Assembly (NCBI GenBank): GCA_965235115.1
Contig: OZ249436.1
Span: 53,074,001-53,138,000, forward strand
Direction: 5' to 3'
DNA length: 64,000 bases
Origin: Laetmonice hystrix
Lineage: Eukaryota
Each line of letters opens with the position of its first letter. Position 1 is the stretch's first letter. A program made the translations under genes and the position numbers. Under the pieces are notes generated by a model, which made no database searches, was not told the DNA's origin, and saw nothing but the letters and a program-made list of their open reading frames with translations. Of this stretch, positions 1-13,185 are shown one piece after another.

Positions 1-1040
1 GGAATTCTTTTTTTAATTTCAAAGAGTGGACTGCATCAATTATTTTTTTCCAACCCTCACCCTCTTCATTTCACACGAGACTCATTATTTATTTCCAGAT
101 CTAATAACACATTATCAGTGTTTGAAATTCATAAAAAGAATGAACAGGCCCAGATGTATTTTTTCAACTGGCTCTGTTCTATTTTGAACTGGCCTTGCTG
201 AGTTTGAAATGGCCCTTACAAAACAATGCCACATTAACATTTTCTGCACACATGTATGTTCTTTATTTTTTGAGATGCTCTTTAATAATTGTTGTGGCCT
301 CCCTGGCTGTGCACTGCCTTCTTACACACATTCTTTATTCTTTGAGATGATATTGCTCTTGTTGTTACCTCCTTGGGTACATGCTAAGTCTGAAAATAAG
401 ATGAGTGTCCCTGTGGTTGTGCCTTCTTAGTTCTTTTGTTATCTTGGGCCAAGTTGGGGTAATGCCACCATGGGTTGAACAATTTAGCCATATCTGGGGA
501 GTAGCCATTACTATCTGTGTCAAAAAGACTATCTGTCGTTTTAAAACTTTGGAATGGATCTGGTGGCCAAGAATCTGGTGGTCTGGTGGATAGTGTCTGA
601 AGAAAACAGCCAAGGGGATCTATGGTTGTCAATGAAGAAGTGAGCACCACGAGTAGCCATTGATGACCTAGCATAATCTACCAAGTATATACCACTGTAC
701 TATACTCCCAATGTTAGGCCTGCAGAGGATGAGCATGGTCATGTGTGGAGGGTTCACAGCATGCTGCAGTATGGATAGGACAGAAATAGAAGAAGCTATT
801 ATTAAAGTTGCATGGTTTCTCCCCCAACTGGGGCAGCAGCCGACCTTCGCAATCTGTTTGTTCACCAGGGGGGAGTTCCTCATCATGTCGTTAGCTTGTA
901 TCGTTAACTCCAATGTATTTTCAATGGGGATTTTAACGCACGACAGGATAACGATAGATGAGGAACGCACCCCTGGGCCATAATCAGATGACTTAGAACT
1001 TCAAGTTCTTGTGCACTCCCTTTTGGACAGTTACTGTCTT

Positions 1041-1545
1041 CAGGGCTCTCAAAAGTAGCCGGTCACCGGCGGCAAAACACCGTCTAAAGCCGCTTTCACA
1101 TGCATACGGTGTGCGGCGTGCTTTTTTGTTAATAATGTAACAAATGTAAATCGCCGCACGCCGCAAACCGGGGGCATGTGAACGGTTACATCTATTTTCA
1201 GTTGTTCCATTTCTGCAAAAACCGCACGCCGCACGCCACAAACCGTGTGCATGTGAAAGCGGCTTAAAGCAAGTTTTGCCGCCACCTACTTTTTTAACAA
1301 TATTCTTTTTTCACTTTCCTGCACATAGGATCCGCACAAGACCTTAGCATGTACCAAAACAACATGTCAGTGATGACCAATTGCCCAGGCTCTCAGTCTC
1401 AGATGCCAGGAAATTGCATCTCAGGGGGACATTTTTTCAAATTTTTCCGGGGGAGGGCCCTCGGACACCCCCCCCCCCCTCAAGGGCTGTACCCTGCTAC
1501 TTTCTCTTCTGTACCCTGCTACTCCTGCCAACTTTGAGAGCCCTG
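1041..1545. mobile_element. CAGGG-ended non-autonomous DNA transposon (hAT/P-like)
   Basis: TIR CAGGGCTCTCAAA / TTTGAGAGCCCTG; 7-bp duplication CTGTCTT at 1034-1040 and 1546-1552. Confidence 0.8.
1088..1264. mobile_element. PIF/Harbinger-like MITE nested in 1041-1545
   Basis: TIR AGCCGCTTTCACATGCA / TGCATGTGAAAGCGGCT; TAA TSD. Confidence 0.85.
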
Positions 1546-4083
1546 CTGTCTTACATGTTTAGTGCTCATCACGTTCATAGAACACTACTGGTTGTACAAC
1601 TTGCTGGTGTAAAGAATGCCTTATAAATAAAGTGCTGTGGTAAAGCTAAGGGGTTGCATCAGTTGTAGTAAAAATCAGTTGTAGTAAAAAAAGGTCGGCA
1701 TTTCACCAGCTACTGCACAAAAGGTTGACAAGTACTGTACCTGGGCCTGGCAACTGACTGCACCGGAATCAAATGTTTAAAGGCAGTGTGTTGTTATTTC
1801 GTGAAAGATGGTTTATATAGAGAACCTCTGCAGAGTAATTCAATGGTTTGCATACTTTCCTGGGTGTCATTATAAAAAATGGTCTAAAAACAAAGCGTGA
1901 TGCACGTTTTGCACTTGGCAGTCCAACTCCAAGACCAAGTTGCTCCGAGTCATGTTGCTCTTGATAAAGTTTGAGCTGAGCTCCATTTGTAAATTGGACC
2001 TGTGTGTTTCCATTCTTTCCTGCACCACAGGGACATCTGAACATGTACACGTATTCAACCATCAAATGATAAAATTTTGCATTTCTTATCAAAATTGGGT
2101 GGGGGGGGGGGAGGGCTGTCGCCCCCCCCCCCAGAAAATATGCGTAAATCCACAGATTGGGTTAATCTTGAGACTAACTATATGTCCTTGCATCCGGCCA
2201 ATGGTGTTACATTGTATTACTAAAACTCGAATGATGCATTCTTATAATATTTACCAAGTTAGGCCCTTCCCAGCTCTAAATGACCACATATATTAGAGAC
2301 TGGTATCGCCCAATAAATGACCTTGACCTACCATTCATAGACCATTTAAAAGACAATCATATTCAAGTTCAACGAGATCATAATCATTTACCGTTTACGG
2401 TTAGGCAAAGACAATGGTAAACCCACACCCATGTGACTCGCCCGGTTAACTTGCACAGGGCTCGAAAAATCGCATGCCCGTGTGCCCATGGGCACCTAAA
2501 TTTTTATCAGGGCACTTAAAAAAGGACTTTGTCACAAAAGACCTTCAAATGACTCAGGTCCGTGCACTACATCGTTAAAATACTTAAATTACAAAAGTGA
2601 CTATTCTATTTTTTATTTTTTTTTAAATCCTTTAGTTGTAATTGTATATCACAATTAGTAAAAAATATGAAAATTCCGAGGTTATTCGATTGGGGCGACA
2701 TCAGGCGGCCTTGATCTGAAACAGCCGGCCAATACCAGACCCAATATTGGATTGGGTCGGGCGGGACCAGTCCAGTGACATGACTGATAATCAGTTGATA
2801 GGCCCGTGAGGACATAGATCTATCTAGTAAAGTCCGAACCAATCTAATGGCTGCCAAACATCATGTTTGACACTTGGCGTTCCAAGACCAGCTTTTTCTG
2901 TTATTGGTAACGTCCAAAATATCGGTTGGCAGTCTTGTCGACTTCCAGCAACCAACATCAGAATTCAGTCGAAGTGGAGTTGATGGGAGTAAAGAGAATC
3001 AGATGATCCTGACACAGTGACTGTTACATATGGAACAACATGTGAAGAAAGGAAAAATGGATTGTGCTGAAGATATCGTCCTGATTATACTCTAGGCTAT
3101 TTATTTTTTATATAATTTTTTATTGAACATCTTTACCCAGGACTTTAGTTGATGAGTGATGTCCCGACCTTCGCGCCGACTTCCACACATTTCGTCCTTG
3201 ATGGTCAGGTTTAACCATCATTGCAACTAATTCCCTTTTTAGAAGTAGTATTTGGTTAGAGCGTGATACGTAACCTTGGAGGGGCCATAGAAATGGTCCA
3301 GAGTGATCAGCATTGAGTGTGCAGAGATATGGTGACAGTGATGTTGCACCAACCCTAGGGTTGACAGCGAGCAGTTGTTTTTAGTACAGACGTGGCCAGC
3401 TATGAGCTGTTTTTTTTTTCCCCCATAATAAGTACACACATATAGCTCACATAATTTAACCATATTGTCAGTGTTGTATAAGTGTTGTAGCCATGGTTAC
3501 CAGGCAGCTGGTTTTGAGTTCTTATGTTGCTACAGCGGACAGCTGCATGGAGGGAGTGCAGCCAACTGCTGTACCGGCTTCCATACTGTTTGGATGATGT
3601 TTATATTGTTACTATGGCAACTGGAACGGGCTGGCATTAGGGCTGTCCTTGCCACACTATGATGCTGAATATTTATATTATCAGGGTGTTCCTACTGACA
3701 TTTGTGGGACACCTATTAGTACCACCAGCGTGATGTAAATACAAGTATGGTAAAAGTCTGTACTGTTAGTAATAGTATGAATATGGTTTGTTAAGTTATC
3801 AAGTTGGGTCGGCCATTGACTTGCAAGAGGTACCATTACCGGTACTACCGATAGATCGGTCATGAGCCCCTTGAAGAGTTTACCCCATTCAGGGCCAGCC
3901 ATTTCTTGAGGTATTGCTCCATAATCATCTGCCATCTTCTGCTTGTCAGTGGTCTAGCCACTGGGCTGAGCTCCATTAAAAAAAATTATCAAAAATGGGA
4001 CAGTGTAATGAACAATAAAGGCTATGGTTTCCCCCATCTCCAAATAAATTTTAAAATATAATGTATAAATTGATGTCTTCGTT

Positions 4084-4550
4084 ATAGCAATCAGAGAGTA
4101 GTTCTCATTTCAATGACTCCGTAATGCAGACATGAGCTGTTAGGTGAGGCAAGGCCTTGACTATATAAATCAATAAATGTATATTCACAGGAATGGAGAA
4201 ATCTAATGAAATTTAACATTTCAGTTGCCTGTTGTCGCTTTGAAGCGATCATCTCATGGCTGGTTGATGACAAAATCGTTGACATGGCATTGATTTAATC
4301 AGCCAATGAAATTTATTTGTTTATCGCCCATTGAATTTCACTGCCTGTTCCAAGTCAATGTCAGGTCAACGATTTTGTCAACAACGAGCCATAAGACGGT
4401 CGCAACTGAACAATAGGCAACTGGAATGTTGAATCTCAAGTGGCTTTCATTTCAGTGGATTAACATCTATTGATGTATGTAGTCTAAGGCCTTATCTAAC
4501 CTAACAGCCCATGTCTGCATTTTGGAGATGAGAGGTACGCTGATTGCTTT
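4084..4550. mobile_element. Old degenerate foldback MITE
   Basis: Arms about 4084-4295 and 4352-4550 are diverged reverse complements (e.g. TGACAAAATCGTTGAC / GTCAACGATTTTGTCA, ATGCAGACATG / CATGTCTGCAT). Confidence 0.7.
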
Positions 4551-6479
4551 GAGGCACAACATAGCAATCTGCGTGCCAGTCCATCGGTCTTATTTTTTGG
4601 GCCAGATTATTCAGATATGAGCCCTATCTTGACAAGTAAAGAAACATTGGGGCATTTTAACACTAAAGACATCCAATGCAGGTGTCATCCAGTATTCCAG
4701 CGCCTCATTGCTACTATTATTAGCGCCTAATCCCTGCTGTTGCTATCTCAGTATGATCTGAATTAAGTTCTATGTTGCTATCCCTTCGTGTGCTCCTTTA
4801 GCACTGTTTGTCCATGGAGTCGCCTGTCGGCCTTGCCTGACATTCGCCCTATACGCCTCCTCAACCAATATGGCCTCTAGGCAGCCATCTTTGTACCGTT
4901 TTTTAGAATCTCTATCCATAAGACCCCAGATATAACGTATCCAAGCCGAGGGCATCTCCCCGTGGGATATTATAATTATGAAGCACCCAGACGAGTGGTT
5001 ATTTAGAGAAGAGGAAACATTTCCCTGAATGACTTGAGAGATCAAATACTTTTCTTAAAGGCCTGTGAGAGTTAGGCATAAGCTATGTCTTGACATATAA
5101 GATGGACAAGAAGTTACATACCGGTAAAAGGTGACGCTGGTCTCAAGGCGCTTGTCGTGCCCCCCCCCCTCTGCGAAAAATTTCATGCAAGGTCACCCAC
5201 AATTTCTCTTATTTTTTTTTTACAAAGGGCATGTTGTATACAAGTTAGGCCTGCACTTTTATGTTCCTGAAAGGTAGAATTATGCATAAATGCATAACAC
5301 CACATGCATTAATTTAACATTTTAAAGGGTCATCTTTTTAACAGCGTTATATTATAACTCACAAATGAGAAGTTAAGATTAAGGTTGTAAACACAAAGAC
5401 TTCGTCCTATATTCTCTTGATCTGTTAATACCATGGAAGATAACTTAGAACACAATATTTAAGCATACATTGTATTAGTTGGCTGCATTTTGAATGACCT
5501 TTGGGGAGGGTACTTGAATTTTGTTTGAACCGTCAATTCACCTGAAGTTTTTTTTTTCACTTTACTTCTAGATAATAAACGAAGAGAAAAAGAAGATTAC
5601 CTTTATTAGCTAAAACTGGTTGATAGACCTGTGATTCTTTCACAATCAAATTCATTCAATCGGGTTTGGATATTCACACAAATGAAGCTTTAAAAAAAAA
5701 AAAAAAAGACGATGTATGATTTCCTGCCTGGGCTTACCAGAATACCATGTCACTTTGGGCGCAATGCCTGCCCACATTATAAAATCATGAGCTTTGCTCT
5801 GCATATAGTAGCGTTTAGAGTTGCACTGTTGAATATGGTGGCAACATCTAAACAGTAACCGCAAAAGCAAACCTAAAGTAGAGAATAATATGGCATCCCC
5901 AGAATGGATTATCTGTACTAGTATGTAGCATTCATACATTACTATCATGATATGAATATGTTTGTTAAAGAAGCGATTTATTTTACGGCCGAGTAAGCTT
6001 TTGTACCGACTTGCAGTGTGACACTCACTCATGCCATGGACAGTATTTAACGAATGAGAATGAAAGAGCTGGGTTATTTTTTGTTGTTGAGAATTTATTT
6101 ATTTTTAACAAGCTTAGTGAAGTGCAAGGTTTCAGATTCTTTTATAGAGCCGTGGTTTGGAAACCCTGAGTACGGACCCAAGTGAGGGTGGCTAAAACGG
6201 TCCTCTCTGTTGTTGGGGATCGCCAACGCCAGATCCAAATAAAGTGTCTACCAGGTGGTTGGCTGCCACTGTCCTTGGACGAATTATTAAGATAGATCTA
6301 TAATTGGTCGGAGTCATCCTAAGTCTGGGAGTCTACCTGAACACCTTGCGAGAGTTCTCCCAGATCGGGAGCAGGGCCCGGGAGACAGTGAGCGCGTGGC
6401 AGGCCTCGTGTCGGGTATCCGGCTCAGTGCCTCGTGCCGCGGGGCCGTGCCTTACCTGTCACCTGATGCCCGGTTACAG

Positions 6480-6760
6480 GTCGTTGACATGACAGTGGTC
6501 GCTCAGGCAGGTGGTTGTAGGCCACCCACCCATCCGTCCACGACGCTTTACCCAGGTCTGACCAGCCTTGATGATCAGGGCTTCACTATTGATCACACAA
6601 AGAAGGCCAGTCGGAATCTGGACACCGGTTACTACTTCCATTGTCCAGTAGGACGGCAAGAACCTGTGTCTTGGTCATTGGGACATGCAAGCGGCAGCCA
6701 GGTGCCCCAGTCAGCTGGAAAACCTAGTCACAGCAGCCTGTTCATCACGTGGGTTTAGAC
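6480..6760 (-). mobile_element. Possible decayed RTE-type LINE 3' fragment
   Basis: Broken minus-strand motifs LGHLA...GQWK...W..RGRMGGW resemble an RTE ORF C-terminus; weak. Confidence 0.3.
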
Positions 6761-8139
6761 CAGGGTTGGCCGTCATGGGAAAAATAGAAAGGGCAGCGCC
6801 ATAGTGTGTTAGTTAGATAGCGGGCGGTGCCACACCCACAGGTGACAGTGGGTTGCATCCTCGCTGGTTGCCAAGCGTCAAGAATAGACTTCTCGCCTGC
6901 TTATACGGGAACAGCGGAGCGGAGACGATAGACACGTTGAAAAGTGCAAAAGTCAGGTCGTCGGGAAATTCTGAAGAACCCTTATAGACCTACGTGTAGA
7001 TCTAGAATCGAGGAAGTGCTGACAGGTGTGGTATTCCTGCGTGGACAGTGTCCATCTCCTCAATGTGTGGGTTGTGCTCCTCAGAATCCGCCGTGTCCTG
7101 GCCACATGCCAGGAGGGGTGAAAATGTTAAGGGGGCTGTCGCCCCCCGTAGAATGAGGACCCCCGGACAGAAATTACTGCTGCAGGAACTGGAGGAGGTG
7201 CTCGTCGTGAAAGGGTGAGCAAGGAATCTACTCATTGACGGTCTTATAGTTTCAGGTCATCAGGAAATATGCAGTACCAAGAAGTTGAATTTTTCTCTTC
7301 ACTGTATAAAACGAAACTTAGTTCAGGTTAAATAGAACCGTGAAATATATCCATTAACGACCGTTTGAATAGTATTATAAGGCTCCATATGGTTGGTCTG
7401 AACAACGGTCTGAAACAATGAAAGGCGCGGTATAGCAGCGCTTGACCAGTCTCCATCAGCGTATTCATCTTATTTTGAGGTATTTCATGGTGCACTTAAA
7501 TATAACACAAATGATTGGGTAATTTACACCTCTGTCTGGAGCAACGTGTCTGGACCCTGCGACAAATTTATACTTACAACCTTTATTGTATTTTAGCCTT
7601 ACATGCCACATGATGCGTAACGGTTTGTTTGTTCACAGAGTTATCTTAATTACAGTGGTGTTTTTACGTCAGTAAATGGGTGATAGTTTGAGAACGTTTA
7701 ACTTGGTTTAAGCCCAAGTCAAACTAACTGACTGAGTGAAGAGATTGGCGGCAAAGAGACCAGTGTGTACTCCCCTGGTGACGAGTGAGGGCATGTCCGC
7801 TAAACACCTTCCAGTCCACATACAGCTGCTATTTACAGACGGGATTGTTTGTTGCTTGTGCTGGAAGCCAAAGTTCAAGTCCATGCCTGTTTAACCCATA
7901 CATGTGCTGGACATTCTGTTATTTTTCCCAAGTAAATTTCAGTTGGTGAGTTAACCCTCGGTGACGATTTCTCCACTACGAAAGGATTACTAAAAGTACT
8001 TGGGCCCAGCTGGTTTGGGTTCCTGTGCCTGCTTGTTGTCTTCTAGAGGGAACCTCTGGATTGTGTATCAGGTTTCATTTTTCATATTTTAGATTTTTTT
8101 TTGGTATTGAAATTTAATGAACCCTAACAAGCCAATTAA

Positions 8140-8666
8140 AGGGAGTCGTAAAATTCATTTTTTCGATTTATGGCAGTCTTAGAAACATATGATTCGCATA
8201 CCTTGGACTCCCAGTAACATCATGTGAGACTGTTATGGCCCAGCGACCAGTATTTAGTAAGGAAAATGTGCCAAATCTCTCGCAAATACGTAGCTCAGAA
8301 TTAGCGAGCGGCCCACAGGATATTTGAGTTGCCCGCGGTCTGGCGATGATGACGCGTGATCACGTGACTTCCGGGTGTACATGCGGTATTTAGGTCAATG
8401 CTAGACTAGAGGGAGATTCCCTTCCACACCCGGAAGTCACGTGATCACGCGTCATCATCGCCCGACCACGGCCAACTCAAAATATCCTGTGGGCCGCTCG
8501 CTAATTCTGAGCTACGTATTTGCGAGAGATTTGGCATATTTTCCTTACTAAATACTGGTCGCTGGGCCATAACAGTCTCACATGATGTTACTGGGAGTCC
8601 AAGGTATGTGAATCATATGTTTCTAAAACTGCCATAAATCGAAAAAAATGAATTTTACGACTCCCT
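8140..8666. mobile_element. Kolobok-like foldback MITE
   Basis: TTAA|AGGGAGTC...GACTCCCT|TTAA; near-perfect arms of about 240 bp with a loop of about 47 bp. Confidence 0.85.
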
Positions 8667-9765
8667 TTAATATTGACGGGTTCAGTTAAGTCGTTTCAGA
8701 GGTTTGGTCAAGAAAAGAAGACTGCCACTGAACTTTCCCCAGTTGGGTAAGGTACTATTACCCGGCTTCATAAAGTATTGTGATTAGTGTTAGCTGCAGA
8801 GAGCAGCAGGAGTCGACTGTTGGAACAGGGCAGCGTGCTGTGTACTCAGATCATAGATCCTGGCCATTGATCGTGACAACACAATAACTGTCATGAACAC
8901 GCCGCCTCGACTCAGCCCTTTTAATGGGGCTGGGCTGGGTGGACATGGGTATCGATACTCTCACAAACGGAGATCAATACGACCACCTTGCTGTCCTCTC
9001 CATGCTTTTTGTGGCAGTTTAACCTTTGGCCGTATGCACGCGTCACTGACTCCCATTATGTTCTCTCTCTGGGCGGCCATCGTCCCACTGTGCGGCGCCC
9101 CGGTCCCATAATAACCGCACTGGAGCAAGTCCGCTTATAGCTTGTCCAGGAGGCCCGAATCAATGACAGCATATGTCATGATATAAGTGTAAATCAGGGT
9201 TGATGCAATGATGGGCCTGCTCTTGCCAATATCTTTCTTTAGCTAAGCAGGAACCCAAATCCCGTAGCCACATTATGAATTTCTGTTTTTCTCATCAAAC
9301 TTTTGATGTTGTAATGGCCAACCTTGCTTTCCCAGGTACTATGAGGGTTCGCCAGGTAATTGCATTGCCAGGGTTGAGCATTTTGAAAAAAATAAAGTCA
9401 GAAAACTTGAGGGAGGGGAGAGAGTAACTGATTTTTGGTAAGAGTCCCCCCCCCCCCCGCAGGAAACCCAGATTGCCGTGCATGCCTTTGCCACTTTGGT
9501 TTCATCCACAAGAATAGGATTATGGGACAATGGAAAACTAAAGGAACTTAACTTTCTTCCATCTTCCTCCACTTTTTTCCGAAATAAGCTAGAAAAGATT
9601 TGTTAATAATCGGAAGGAACTTTAATCGACCTCCAAACGCGGAAGTAATGATCTGGTTGGGCTAATTAAGAAACCTGATAGGCTGAAATATTGCTTCATA
9701 TTCGACAAAATAAAGACTGAGGTTGTCATGCTCTGGGTGTGTTTTTTTGGGTTTGTTCGGCCTTA

Positions 9766-12700
9766 TAGTCCAAGAGTATTAGCCCAAAATAAGGCCTAAC
9801 CTGGAATAAATTGGTAACAAGCTGAATTTTTGTTAAAAGATGCCCAAAAGTGTCCCCAGTCACATATCAAAAGTCCCCGAAAATCCTCTTTGTGCTAATT
9901 CGGGAATTCAAGATGGCGTCCAAGATGGCTGCTATTTTCAATTGGTAAGGGGGTGAACACTGCATTTTATAGTGCAAATGTCTAACTTGGCATGATTGGT
10001 CCTTAGGTGATATTTTGACATTTGGCGGCCATTTTGACCCTCAAATCCAAGATGGCCGCCAGCAACCATCTAGAAATCTAGCCTAAAGGTACTTCATAAT
10101 TTAAACTAATTGAGGACAAACTTGTGTTATGCATGGATTTTCATTTTTGGGGGTTGGGAAACTCATTTCTGTCATTTCTTTGCAATAAGAGTCCATGTTT
10201 AAGGTAAAATCCAAGATGGCTGCTCTTGGGTAGGCCTATAGGGCCTATTAGAAAACATGATTAGCCTAGGCCTATATCAAACGCATGAAAATTGAATATA
10301 GTGCGGCAGCAGGGCTGAACCTGGAAATGTGGTATAACTTTTATTTTTTGATGGATTTAAGGTTCCAAGGTCGTCCTGAGTGAGAATCCGCCTGATGCCA
10401 GCTTGGCACCCTTGAGCACTTTTTCTAATTTGCATAAATCCAATATGGCCGCCATCTTACCCATGGCGATTCACTTTTGGCATTATCTCCACCCGTAAAT
10501 TGACTTTTTTCATTATATAATTTTTTCCTAGGAGGTTCTGGGACAGAGGAATCGGTTACAAGAAAAAAAAGAATGATTGGCTGCGCCCTCATTTGCATAA
10601 ATTAAATATGGCCGCCATCTTAACACGAAATTGAGCTATTCTGGCTATATCTCAACGTCAAAATGGAATTTTACTCTTTATAAAGTACGGTTCAGGGGAT
10701 AAATGACGTACACAATCTTTTTGCAGTGATACATATTTTAATTGGTCCACCCGTCATTTGCATAAATCCAATATGGCCGCCATCTTACCCATGGCGATTC
10801 ACTTTTGGCATTATCTCCAACTGTAAATTGACTTTTTTCATTATGTAAATTATTTTTAGGAGGTTCTGGGAATCGGTTACTAGAAGAAAAAGAGTGATTG
10901 GCTCGCTCCCTCATTTGCATAAATTAAATATAGCCGCAATGTTGGCCAGAAATCTGGCTATTCTGGCTAAATCTTCAGTGAGTTTACTCTTTAAAAAAGC
11001 TCATTTGCAATATGTAGTCTATTTCTTGTGGCAAGAAAGTGAAGTGGCAAGCAATCTATGTTGATATTGTTACCAATGAGGGCTCCCTTAGCTTACATGT
11101 TTTGACTGAACTTAGACTGAAACAAACACTAGAGTGAGGGCTCCCCACAGGTATTGACTGCCCTTGGGCTGGAGCAAACACTACAGTGAGGGCTGCCTCT
11201 ATGTATTGACTGCCCTTCGGCTGGAGCAAGCAGTACAGTGAACGCTCCCTACATGTATTGAGTGGCGTCATACTCGAGCAAACACTACTCTACATGGATT
11301 GACTGAGTTTAGACCGGAGCAAACACTACAGTGATGGCTCCCTACATGTATTGACTGCGCTTGGGCTGGAGCAAACGCTACAGTGAGGACTCCCTACATG
11401 TATTGACTGGCCTTATACTCGAGCAAACACTACAGTGAGGGCTCCCAACATGTACTGTCTGGCCTTTTGCGCTCACTGTTAGTCTTTGCTCGAGTATAAG
11501 GCCAGTCAGTACATGTGGTGACCCCTCACTGTAGTGTTTGCACGAGTATAAGGCCAGACGGTACATGTTGGGAGCTCTCACTGTACTGTTTGCTCCAGTC
11601 TAAGGCCAGCCAATACATGTAGAGAGCCCTCACTGTAGTGTTTGCTTCAGTCTAAGCTCAGTCAATCCATGTACAGAGCCCTCACTGTAGTGTTTGCTCG
11701 AGTATAAGGCCAGACAGTCCATGTTGGGGGCCCTCACTGTAGTGTTTGCTCGAGTATGACGCCGCTCACTACATGTAGTGAACCCTCACTGTATGGTTTG
11801 CTGCAGCCAATGGCCAGTCATTACATGGAGGGAACCGTCCCTGTAGTGTTTGCTCGAGTATAAGATCAGACAGTGGATGTGGTGAGCCCTCACTGTAGTG
11901 TTTGCTCGAGTATAAGGCCAGGCAATACATGTTGGGAGCCCTCACTGTAGTGTTTGTTTCAGTCTAAGCTCAGTCAAAACATGTAGGGAGCCCTCACTGG
12001 CAACAATATCAACAGAGATTGCTTACCACTTCACTTTCCTGCCACAAGAAATAGACTACATATTGCAAAATGAGCTTTTTTAATGAGTAAAACTCATTTT
12101 GACGTGAAGATATAGCCAGAATAGCTCGAGTTCTGGCTAACATGGCGCTATATTTAATTTATGCAAATGAGGGAGCGAGCCAATCACTCTTTTTCTTCTA
12201 GGAACCGATTCCCAGAACCTCCTAAAAATAATTTACATAATGAAAAAAGTCAATTTACAGTTGGAGATAATGCTAAAAGTGACTTACAATGGGTAAGATG
12301 GCGGCCATATTGGATTTATGCAAATGAGGGGTGGACCAATTAGAATATGTATCACTGCAAAAAGATTGTGTACGTCATTTATCCCCTGAACAGTACTTTA
12401 TAAAGAGTAAAATTCCATTTTGACGTTGCGATATAGCCAGAATAGCTCAAATTCGTGTTAAGATGGCGGCCATATTTAATTTATGCAAATGAAGGCGCGG
12501 CCAATCATTTTTTTTTTCTTGTGACCGATTCCTCTGTCCCAGAACCTCCTAGGAAAAAAATTATACACTGAAAAAAGTCAATTTACGGGTGGAGATTATG
12601 CCAAAAGTGAATCGCCATGGGTAAGAACCATGTACAACATGTACCGTAAGCTAGATTTCAGATGGTTGCTGGCGGCCATCTTGAATTTGAGGGTCAAAAT

Positions 12701-13135
12701 GGCCGCCAAATGTCAAAATAACCCTGCAGATGGATTTCTGACCCCCAAATTAGTTGAAATCCACCTAACACACGTATTTCTAAGTGAATTGGTTCAAAAG
12801 TTAGAAATCTACTTCCGTCGGGTGCTAATTAACATAATTTATGCAAATTAGGGCCTCTATGCATAGAGACAACTTGTCTCTTTGGATATTTTTTTTCCTT
12901 TTGCCCTAAGGACCAATCATGCCAAGTTAGACATTTGCACTATAAAATACAGTGTTCACCCCCTTACCAATTGGGAATGGCAGCCATCTTGGACGCCATC
13001 TTGAATTCCCGAGTTAGCACAAAGAGGATTTTCGGGGACTTTTAATATGTGATAGAGAACATATTTGGGCATCTTTTCAGAAAAAATCAGCTTGTTACCA
13101 ATTTATTCCAGGTTATACCTAATACTCTTGGCCTA
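9766..13135. mobile_element. Academ-like non-autonomous foldback element (3.4-kb imperfect palindrome)
   Basis: Termini TAGTCCAAGAGTATT / AATACTCTTGGCCTA with 3-bp TSD TTA; arms are reverse complements almost to the centre (about 11470); no transposase ORF. The superfamily call rests on TAG termini plus the 3-bp TSD. Confidence 0.75.
11075..11998. repeat. 52-bp minisatellite that inverts orientation at about 11470
   Basis: Unit approx. GAGCAAACACTACAGTGAGGGCTCCCTACATGTATTGACTGGCCTTATACTC; about 7 forward then about 10 reverse copies. Confidence 0.9.
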
Positions 13136-13185
13136 TTAGCAAGGGAACTGGTCCACTGACATCAGTTTGTGTGCTTGTACTACCC

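Noticed and set aside
384..3935. Minus-strand ORFs 384-674, 1870-2058 and 3681-3935 as further exons of the leftward gene
   Set aside because: No recognisable homology and no consistent acceptor/donor phase chain could be built.
7322..7506. Crypton-like short inverted-repeat element
   Set aside because: Terminal similarity is too degenerate to support a call.
11075..11998. CRISPR-like array in the 52-bp repeats
   Set aside because: The variable parts are diverged copies of one unit rather than unrelated spacers, and the array lies inside a TIR element.
10738..12343. Duplicated 60-aa ORFs (MQMRERANHSF...) on opposite strands
   Set aside because: Mirror images produced by the palindromic element arms; no coding features.
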